The notes below the pieces were generated by a model. The model saw only the letters and a program-made list of their open reading frames with translations. It did not search any database and was not told the DNA's origin. Positions 59,101 through 64,000 of a DNA stretch of 64,000 nt are shown here, piece by piece. The DNA comes from Lama glama (lineage: Eukaryota): NCBI GenBank assembly GCA_028534125.1, contig CM052816.1, forward strand, positions 78,184,001 through 78,248,000. The letters run 5' to 3'. The position numbers were made by a program, and so were the translations under genes. Within the stretch, counting starts at the first letter, position 1. The number at the start of each line of letters is the position of its first letter.

Positions 59101-62100
59101 ATACATTATTGAGACTTGGTGGTAGAATGAATGCAGGCTTCTGGTGGTCATTATAGTAGGACTCATGAGAATTGTACATATGGCTAAATAGGGGGAAGAG
59201 GGGTGGGTACCTGAGTAGGGTGGAGGTGATCCTGTAGAGAATGATCCCAGTGAAAATTTGAGAGGACTCTCACAAAAGATGTGTTGTTTTTGTGGTTTAC
59301 GCTGCTTAATATAGGGGATTCTGAGATACTTACCTCAGAATCTCATAACCAGTGCCCTGGTAACATGAAAGTGCATCACACTAACAGAAACACAATCTGT
59401 TCGTTAATGTGAACACAAGTTCTATGGTATTTTGTACCTCGAAACAGAATAAAATAGCCAATTTAAACATTTCACATTGAAAACAATTTAGGTTTCTAAT
59501 ATGTCTCTCTCTTACAGAACTGAATGAAAGTGTGACATTGAGCTCCCCAGATAGGATGCATGCTCTTAGTCTCAAAATTGTGCTCCTTGGCAAAATTTAC
59601 GCTGGCACACCTCGCTTCTTTCCTTTAGGTAAGCCATATCTAGCTTGGGTTAGTGCTAACAGCGTAGTGATTGTATTGTTGGTAACCTTATACAAGTTTG
59701 AAGAGAAGGGGAAATTTTTCGGCTGATGTTTTTGTGCATGGATAATCTGTGATTGATTCAGCTGCTCCTTATTATATTGAGGGCGTGTTTTTCTTAAAAT
59801 AGCGAGTAGTTGTGTTAAAAATGTAATCTTTGTGAACCCCTTTCTTAACCAAGTATGCTGACTACCTGTGTTGCGTAGGAGACTCTGTCATGAGCCATTT
59901 GCCAACTTACAATGTTCTTTTCAGTTGTAAAACAATAGAATCTACATAAATCTGTTCATACTGTAGAATGTTAAGCTCTTTGTGTTTTTGGAAAATGTTG
60001 AGAAACATGAAAATGCTTATAATATTAAGTTGTTTTTTAAAAAATGAACATACAGACTTGTTTACATATCATCTATGATGTAGGATTTATTCCCTGGATG
60101 TAGTAAGAAATAAAACCATTATAATTATACCCTTATTTCTTGTAAGTACAGTATTTAAAACTGCCATGCCATTTCCTTGATCAGAAAAATAAAGAGAAAA
60201 TAAAGGGCAACTATGTATATGTCTTATAAGTATGTAAAACTTGTTGATTTTAATAGCAAAAGGGCCACATTATATACATGATCCCTTTAGAGGGTATTTT
60301 TGCTTTGACTTTAATTTGGGTTGGGGAGGGAATTAGGCTTATTTATTTATTTAAGGGAGGTTTGGGGACTAAACCCAGGACCTTGCGCCTGCTAGGCATG
60401 TACTCTACCACTGAGCTACACTCTCCCCTTGACTTAAGATTTTTATTGTCAAGCCCAGTAAGATTTAGGGTGGAGGAAGCCTTCCTTTTTCTGTCACTCT
60501 CTTAATGGCAAACAAGGTACTGGGGACTTCAAACTAGAACAAATTTAGAGTTTTTAGAATTTTTATTACCTATCCAAATCTGTATGGTTACTTGTAGGGG
60601 AGATGCAGGGTCAGTGGCAGTTTTTTTAGTGATTCCTATTGCCCATGGATGTTCACAATGGTCAGGCTCAGATTTCAGGAACCACAAGTACAAATCTGAT
60701 TGTTACTGTTATTATCTGTGATGTAACAAGTAGGAAAAAGTGAGAATGGGGCCACAATTAGAATCATCATAATAGATAACTTTTTAGGGATCTTATGAAT
60801 GTTACATTTAACATTCCTAAAATGGAGATGCAGTAGCCCTTCTTTTCTAAAAAGCCGGTAAATTGAAGATATAATATTTCAAGATATTGAAGAAATATTA
60901 GCAATGGGTCCTCTCCAATAGTAGGAAAGTAAGTGGTCTCTATTTTCTTCTTGTATCTTTTTGTTTCCCAAATTCACTATAATATAGTTTTTTTCCTAAT
61001 AGTTTTAAAGTGTGTAATTGAGTGGTTGTAGCATGTTCACAGAGTTGTGTAACCACAATTAAATTGAGACCATTTTCATCTCCCCAAAAAGAAATATTAC
61101 CCTCAGCCCTAGGCAAACACTAATCTACCCTACAGATTTGCCTATTGTGGTATATGCCTTACTTTTTATTAAAAATTTCTTTTGAAAATTGTTTTTTAAA
61201 AGATTTCTGTCTAGAAACTGCTCAGTTATGAATAAGGCCTACTTTTTAGTATCAGAAGTTAACAATTCTACGATAGCAAAATAATAGTACTTATATGAGG
61301 TGAAAGACATGTTAACTAACCTTATTGTGGAAAACATTTTGCAGTATTTATGTGCATCAGATTATCACATTTAACCTTAAACTTACACAATGTTACATGT
61401 CAGTTATATCTCAATAAAGCTGGGGGCAAAAAAAGAGTTAACAATCCCAACTTCTGATCTTCTTCTTTCCCCAGATTTCATCGTACAGTTCTTAGAGCAG
61501 CAAGTTTGTACTTTGAACTGGGATGTGGGATTTGTAATACAGACAATGAATGAAATTGGAGTGCCATTACCTAGACTACTGGAAGTTTATGATCAGTTGT
61601 TTAAGTCACGGGTAAGGAAAATATTAAATACAATTAATTTATTTAGTTAAATTTATTAACTTATTCTAGATACAGGAGTGGACTATTTTGAGTGTATAAG
61701 TATCTCATCTAACACAGTTGCATCAGAAATTTGCTTCATTGATTGAGTATCAGAAATTACACTTCAGACTTAAAAACCCAATAATGACAATTAACTTTGC
61801 TATATGTCATGATACAAATCAAATATTTTAAAATATTGATAAATATAATTACATATGTTTTAGTCTTAGTGGAATAGGCTAAATACAATAAGAATTATCA
61901 TTTTCTTTAAAAGAACAAAATATCAGTATATTTATTCACTTTAACCTCATCTAAAATATCAATGGTTTAACTTATGGTGAAAAAGAATATGAAAATGAAT
62001 ATATGTATGTTCATGTATGACTGAAGCATTATGCTGTGCACCAGAAATTGACACAACATTGTAAACTGACTATACTTCAATAAAAAAATATATATATATA

Positions 62101-63878
62101 TATACCAGAAATAATTAAATATCAATGATTAAAGTTCTTTCTCACCACAAGAAAAAGGAAATTTAATCGTGTATGGTGAGAGGTGGCAACTAGACTTACA
62201 GTGATCATTTCACAGTGTATGCAAACAGCGAATCACAATATTGTACACCTGAAACTAATGTAATGTTATATGTCAATTATAACCTCGATTTTTAAAAAAT
62301 CTTTGTCACCATATTGAAGCTTATCAGACTATATATTTTGTAATTTTTACCCTAAAAGAACCAAATGAAACCTTGTTGAACTAGATTGTGCTTAGTACTA
62401 GTCATGATTATAGTAGCAGCATCAAAACATTCATACAGTGCTTTACAAGGCACTTGTATATCTCACTGAAGGCCTCACAATGAGCCTATGATGGAAATGG
62501 CAAGTTGTTGTATCCCCATCTTCTGCTCTGTTTGACAAGGGCAGAGAGGCTAAATAACCTGCTCACATCACATGGCTAGTAATGGGAGAGCCAGATCTAG
62601 AATTAACATTCTTTGACTACTGGTTTAGCCTCTTATTTACACTATCAGATTAAGTCTGCATAGGTTCAAAGTAAAAGTGGTGTCACATCCGATAGGAAAA
62701 GATGGATTCTTTTCTCTTACCCCAGGTTCCCAAACAGGAAACTTACATGCTCTACAAAGTGGATTGGACATCAGATATTCTTCCTAAATAACATCACAGG
62801 GCAGTTTTCAATGCTGTTTAATATTAACCATAATTAGATATATAATTTAGTAACCACATAATATTAAATGCTTATTTTAATATCAGTAAATTTTGCTTTG
62901 GACTCTGATGACTATTTTAACATAAATAATTGAAAATTCAGTTGACGCAATTTGCTTTACAACTCCTGATGTATATTTTCTTTATAGGATCCATTCTGGA
63001 ACAGAATGAAGAAGCCACTGCACCTTTTGGATTGTATACATGTACTATTGACAAGATATGTTGAGAATCCTAGCCAAGTTTTAAATTGTGAGAGGTAAGT
63101 ATGAATTAAATATTATATTATAACAAAGGCTTTTAAATACATCTAATAAACCTCTGGGTAACAAATTTGGAGACAGTGGGGCAAGATTTGGAGACTAAAA
63201 GAAGTATAGGAGATTTAAGCTCTTGTGTATATTTGCATTAACTATTTGAATGACATCGGTCAGCATGTATGAAAGATTAGTGTTTTCCATTTTTCAACCC
63301 TTGTATAGAATTCTCTATGTAAGTGAAAGGATACAATTTATGAATTACTCCTAAATTTCTGCTTTGAATTAGTGACCTAGGAAGTTCAGTTATGCCTTTG
63401 TGATATTATTGGCCATTTCAACGTGCATTTGTTTGAAAAGGCCGAAAGAATGTAAATAATTTAGTATTTAAGGAGTTATAATTTAGTGTTAATTTAAGGA
63501 GTTATCCCTTACTGCCTCCTTCTCATTATTATCTTCCAAAGGAAAATGGTGCTGATGTGGAATTCACCTACCCCCTGAGTTTCCTTCTCTGTTTTCATTT
63601 ATTTGCCATTTGTTTAATCACATGATCCTTGCTCTTCTGTGGGACTGTAAGTAAGGTTAGCAGAAGTTAAAGGGAAATGCTATAGTAGGAAATGTTTCTA
63701 AATGTGTAGATGGTTGATCAGGTGTTTTTTTCTTTTTAGGAGAAGATTTACAAATCTTTGCCTGGATGCTGTTTGTGGTTATCTGGTTGAGCTCCAGTCT
63801 ATGAGCTCCTCGGTAGCAGTACAAACCATCACGGGGAATTTTAAATCTCTTCAGGCTAAACTAGAACGGCTTCATTAA
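15849..63878 (+). CDS. NUP155: NUP155 (nucleoporin 155), 5'-partial spliced CDS, 33 exons (3-35), about residues 99-1391
   Basis: 33 AG...GT exons sum to 3881 nt (2 + 1293 codons including TAA) with no internal stop. Peptide runs [12 protein letters not shown]...QAKLERLH* and matches recalled human NUP155 at high identity. Confidence 0.98.
16065..16209. mobile_element. hAT-Charlie MITE (MER5-like)
   Basis: cagtgcttctc...tctgcatttgcaagaagctcccaggtgatgctg...accactctgagtagca. Confidence 0.7.
17007..17148 (+). mobile_element. tRNA-Ala-derived camelid SINE
   Basis: ggggaggatataactcaagtggtagagcacatgcttagcatgcatgaggtcctgggttctatccc; TSD aaa(c/t)atattgg. Confidence 0.92.
17760..17830 (+). CDS. NUP155: NUP155 exon 4 (71 nt)
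   Basis: aacag|A GGA GAC...GCT G|gtaaga; [23 protein letters not shown]. Confidence 0.95.
18700..20170 (-). mobile_element. Fossil hAT (Charlie/Buster-type) transposase
   Basis: Minus-strand translation with frameshifts gives SFGFTF (20121-20138), ETLVK, ELVYGLE, AVP/LSNDAI (19789-19814), [23 protein letters not shown] and [12 protein letters not shown] (about 19431-19470), collinear with recalled Buster/ZBED8-like transposases. Confidence 0.75.
21002..21094 (+). CDS. NUP155: NUP155 exon 5 (93 nt)
   Basis: cttag|GC ATC...ACA G|gtaaag; [30 protein letters not shown]. Confidence 0.95.
21902..22068 (+). CDS. NUP155: NUP155 exon 6 (167 nt)
   Basis: attag|GT TCT...TAC CAA|gtaagt; [23 protein letters not shown]...CLYEVAYQ. 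Confidence 0.95.
23091..23271 (-). mobile_element. tRNA-Ala-derived camelid SINE with (TAAA)n tail
   Basis: gaggtactggggattgaacccagcacctcatgcatgctaaacatgcactcttaccacttgagctataccctcccc; (TTTA)n at about 23091-23150; TSD ta(a/c)atttcctttta. Confidence 0.92.
23654..23759 (+). CDS. NUP155: NUP155 exon 7 (106 nt)
   Basis: ttaag|GCA GAA...GAT G|gtgagt; [35 protein letters not shown]. Confidence 0.95.
24629..24702 (+). CDS. NUP155: NUP155 exon 8 (74 nt)
   Basis: tttag|AT CCT...ATA CAG|gtaagt; [24 protein letters not shown]. Confidence 0.95.
25010..25101 (+). CDS. NUP155: NUP155 exon 9 (92 nt)
   Basis: cacag|GTG TAT...GCT AG|gtaata; [30 protein letters not shown]. Confidence 0.95.
26895..26992 (+). 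CDS. NUP155: NUP155 exon 10 (98 nt)
   Basis: tctag|G ACC...GCA G|gtacgt; [32 protein letters not shown]. Confidence 0.95.
27467..27619 (+). CDS. NUP155: NUP155 exon 11 (153 nt)
   Basis: cccag|GT GTA...AAA G|gtaaat; [31 protein letters not shown]...ALYSK. Confidence 0.95.
27708..27852 (+). mobile_element. tRNA-Ala-derived camelid SINE with A21 tail
   Basis: gggggagggtatggcttagtggtagagtaagtgcttagcatgcatgaggtcctgggttcaatccccagtacctc...poly-A. Confidence 0.92.
28485..30170 (-). mobile_element. Old L1M (L1MB/MC-like) 3' UTR plus ORF2 fragment
   Basis: Begins cagctttaattgaaatataattt; minus [37 protein letters not shown] is L1 ORF2. Confidence 0.88.
30964..31064 (+). CDS. NUP155: NUP155 exon 12 (101 nt)
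   Basis: cttag|GT ATT...ACC CAG|gtaaat; [33 protein letters not shown]. Confidence 0.95.
32259..32429 (+). CDS. NUP155: NUP155 exon 13 (171 nt)
   Basis: catag|ATG ACT...GCA CAG|gtatgt; [16 protein letters not shown]...KKFVLLSAQ. Confidence 0.95.
32720..33960 (-). mobile_element. Ancient L1ME-like fragment
   Basis: Diverged L1 3' UTR/ORF2 motifs gctgggtcaaagagtatgtgcattt, tttaagtatttgatctattcagaatttat. Confidence 0.6.
34202..34312 (+). CDS. NUP155: NUP155 exon 14 (111 nt)
   Basis: cttag|GGA AGT...CAT CAG|gtaatt; [37 protein letters not shown]. Confidence 0.95.
34780..34962 (+). mobile_element. MIR SINE
   Basis: ctctgggcttccatttcctcatatgtaaaatagg...atagtgcctggcatat...aataaatgttagctattatta. 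Confidence 0.8.
35253..35347 (+). CDS. NUP155: NUP155 exon 15 (95 nt)
   Basis: aatag|GAA GAC...TTC AG|gtattt; [31 protein letters not shown]. Confidence 0.95.
36105..36193 (+). CDS. NUP155: NUP155 exon 16 (89 nt)
   Basis: aatag|G TAC...GCT A|gtgagt; [29 protein letters not shown]. Confidence 0.95.
36663..36725 (+). CDS. NUP155: NUP155 exon 17 (63 nt)
   Basis: tttag|GT TCT...CAA G|gtgcct; [20 protein letters not shown]. Confidence 0.92.
37246..37393 (+). CDS. NUP155: NUP155 exon 18 (148 nt)
   Basis: acaag|GT GTT...ATG GG|gtaagt; [14 protein letters not shown]...[14 protein letters not shown]. Confidence 0.93.
37660..38110 (-). mobile_element. MaLR LTR (MLT1F/H-like)
   Basis: atggcctcagctgggacagct...ctccacgtggtctctcgtcctccagcaggctagcc...ccagattcaa. 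Confidence 0.7.
38459..38525 (+). CDS. NUP155: NUP155 exon 19 (67 nt)
   Basis: tccag|A AAC...ACT GCA|gtaagt; [22 protein letters not shown]. Confidence 0.95.
39552..39667 (+). CDS. NUP155: NUP155 exon 20 (116 nt)
   Basis: ttcag|ATT GAA...CCA AA|gtaaga; [38 protein letters not shown]. Confidence 0.95.
39855..40229 (-). mobile_element. MaLR solo LTR (MLT1A-like) nested in an L1M 3' UTR (about 39695-40520)
   Basis: tgtcttaatcc...aacaaaaataccatagact...ctcccaaaggtcccacctgcaaataccatcac...acaaacattcagtccatagca; L1 sequence resumes on both sides. Confidence 0.85.
40573..40710 (+). mobile_element. tRNA-Ala-derived camelid SINE
   Basis: ggggaaggtatagctcagtggtagagtatgtgcttagcatgcataaggtcctgggttcaatctccagc; TSD aaaagtaatatggactt / aaaagttacatggactt. 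Confidence 0.92.
40810..42390 (-). mobile_element. 5'-truncated LINE-1 (ORF2 3' half plus 3' UTR)
   Basis: Minus ORFs [49 protein letters not shown] and [18 protein letters not shown] are L1 ORF2 hallmarks. Confidence 0.95.
43090..43272 (-). mobile_element. MER20 (hAT-Charlie)
   Basis: taattctttgttgtgggggctgtcgtgtgcattgtaggatgttt...atgtttccagac...aatgttccctggg matches the reverse of the recalled MER20 consensus. Confidence 0.85.
44132..44420 (-). mobile_element. LINE-1 3' end fragment (cetartiodactyl-type)
   Basis: ggaagtatagttaatttacaatatt...ctataattccctgtgctata...tctgtgagtctgtttctgttt. Confidence 0.85.
44830..45070 (+). mobile_element. L1MB/MC-like 3' end directly upstream of NUP155 exon 21
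   Basis: cagaataggcaaatttatagagacagaaa...gttgcacaaccctgtgagt...gtatggtatatgaattgtatctc. Confidence 0.8.
45103..45200 (+). CDS. NUP155: NUP155 exon 21 (98 nt)
   Basis: ttcag|T ACT...CAT G|gtaaat; [32 protein letters not shown]. Confidence 0.95.
45435..46335 (-). mobile_element. L1M 3' UTR fragment containing a nested SINE
   Basis: aatttaccgttttaaccattttt...ctccagaactttttc...tttttgaggaaccacaactgttttccatagc. Confidence 0.82.
45673..45800 (-). mobile_element. tRNA-Ala-derived camelid SINE
   Basis: gaacccaggacctcatgcatgctaagaatgtgctctaccacttgagctgtatcctcccc; TSD caaccacc. Confidence 0.92.
46812..47050. mobile_element. hAT-Charlie non-autonomous remnant (Charlie4-like)
   Basis: cacagtaagaaataatttttacattatgacccag...cacaactgaaacaaaa...tttgaaaaacc. 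Confidence 0.5.
47540..47670 (+). CDS. NUP155: NUP155 exon 22 (131 nt)
   Basis: attag|AG GCT...CAG AAG|gtagga; [43 protein letters not shown]. Confidence 0.95.
49992..50183 (+). CDS. NUP155: NUP155 exon 23 (192 nt)
   Basis: cctag|GAA TTT...TCT AAG|gtatga; [18 protein letters not shown]...STDDAVCSK. Confidence 0.95.
50864..51002 (+). CDS. NUP155: NUP155 exon 24 (139 nt)
   Basis: tctag|GCA AAT...CAA G|gtgaga; [46 protein letters not shown]. Confidence 0.95.
51700..51835 (+). CDS. NUP155: NUP155 exon 25 (136 nt)
   Basis: attag|TG CGT...GAA AG|gtgagt; [44 protein letters not shown]. Confidence 0.95.
52564..52717 (+). CDS. NUP155: NUP155 exon 26 (154 nt)
   Basis: ttcag|G TTA...CAT CAT|gtaaga; [34 protein letters not shown]...EEAGHH. 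Confidence 0.95.
52935..53039 (+). CDS. NUP155: NUP155 exon 27 (105 nt)
   Basis: tttag|TTT GAA...CTA CAG|gtaaaa; [35 protein letters not shown]. Confidence 0.95.
53729..53883 (+). CDS. NUP155: NUP155 exon 28 (155 nt)
   Basis: tccag|ATT GCT...CAC AG|gtatgg; [33 protein letters not shown]...LADMH. Confidence 0.95.
55518..55660 (+). mobile_element. tRNA-Ala-derived camelid SINE
   Basis: tataactcagtagtagggtgtgtgcctagcatgcacgaggtcctgggtttgatccccagtac; TSD caaagctc. Confidence 0.9.
56130..56640 (-). mobile_element. L2 LINE fragment
   Basis: aaggagctcccattctagt...gtggtcagagaaggcctc...gaaagccagtggggctgg...gagatgaggttagagg. Confidence 0.65.
56940..57069 (+). CDS. NUP155: NUP155 exon 29 (130 nt)
   Basis: cccag|C ACA...ATG GAA|gtaagt; [43 protein letters not shown]. 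Confidence 0.95.
57370..57790 (-). mobile_element. Old MaLR LTR remnant (MLT1J/K-like)
   Basis: taggctaaactgc...ccccaaaatgtataatgg...ggaggctgggaagtatagtctagc. Confidence 0.5.
58129..58242 (+). CDS. NUP155: NUP155 exon 30 (114 nt)
   Basis: actag|GTT GCT...ACT AAG|gtaata; [38 protein letters not shown]. Confidence 0.95.
58951..59071 (+). CDS. NUP155: NUP155 exon 31 (121 nt)
   Basis: cacag|CTT TAT...AAA G|gtaagt; [40 protein letters not shown]. Confidence 0.95.
59518..59628 (+). CDS. NUP155: NUP155 exon 32 (111 nt)
   Basis: tacag|AA CTG...TTA G|gtaagc; [36 protein letters not shown]. Confidence 0.95.
60313..60428 (-). mobile_element. tRNA-Ala-derived camelid SINE
   Basis: acccaggaccttgcgcctgctaggcatgtactctaccactgagctacactctcccc; TSD ttgactt. 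Confidence 0.88.
61475..61611 (+). CDS. NUP155: NUP155 exon 33 (137 nt)
   Basis: cccag|AT TTC...TCA CGG|gtaagg; [45 protein letters not shown]. Confidence 0.95.
61965..62116 (+). mobile_element. Short 5'-truncated young L1 3' end with A/(AT)n tail
   Basis: gaaaaagaatatgaaaatgaatat...caccagaaattgacacaacattgtaaactgactatacttcaataaaa, homologous to 1707-1810; perfect 11-bp TSD aaatatcaatg at 61954-61964 and 62117-62127. Confidence 0.9.
62410..62630 (-). mobile_element. MIR SINE
   Basis: cctcacaatgagcctatga...tatccccatcttc...gcagagaggctaaataacctgctcacatcacatggctagtaatgggagagcc. Confidence 0.7.
62988..63094 (+). CDS. NUP155: NUP155 exon 34 (107 nt)
   Basis: tatag|GAT CCA...GAG AG|gtaagt; [35 protein letters not shown]. 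Confidence 0.95.
63740..63878 (+). CDS. NUP155: NUP155 terminal exon 35, coding part (139 nt including TAA)
   Basis: tttag|G AGA AGA...[54 protein letters not shown]. Confidence 0.96.
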
Positions 63879-63918
63879 TTATTGTAATGTATTTTCATCT
63901 GTGCATTTTGATCTGTAA

Positions 63919-63924
63919 AATAAA
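63919..63924 (+). terminator. Proximal polyadenylation signal AATAAA of NUP155
   Basis: AATAAA 40 nt after the stop, preceded by TGTA (63914-63917) and followed by GT-rich sequence. Confidence 0.65.
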
Positions 63925-64000
63925 AGCTCAGCTGGGTCCAGGTATCAGGTGTTCTAAATCTAACAATTTAAGAACAGTTTTAGTAGAAATGTGGTTTTAA

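Noticed and set aside
1..64000. CRISPR array, operon, defence island, intact ERV or other novel multi-gene system
   Set aside because: Eukaryotic intron-exon locus. All coding signal is explained by NUP155, WDR70 and decayed transposons.

Overview
AT-rich mammalian genomic DNA, very probably camelid (alpaca/llama/camel): it carries ten copies of a tRNA-Ala-derived SINE of the vic-1 type plus cetartiodactyl-style L1 3' ends. Two divergently oriented housekeeping genes flank a 500-N assembly gap (14573-15072). On the minus strand are two 5' coding exons of WDR70 (12670-12753 and 6299-6419). On the plus strand are 33 consecutive GT-AG coding exons of NUP155 (15849-63878), which splice to an uninterrupted 3881-nt frame ending at TAA 63876-63878. 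These correspond to human exons 3-35 as I recall them. The first exons and promoters of both genes are missing and must lie in the gap, which is therefore much larger than 500 bp. Introns hold typical eutherian repeats (L1, L2, MIR, MaLR LTRs, MER20/MER5/MER58, Tigger5) and a near full-length fossil hAT/Charlie transposase. I see no evidence of a new multi-gene system. The best leads are a candidate poison exon in WDR70 intron 3, a possible U12-type NUP155 intron 2, a weak-donor symmetric exon 17, ultra-short L1 insertions and inverted lineage-specific SINE pairs. Gene and repeat-family names come from recall, not from database searches.
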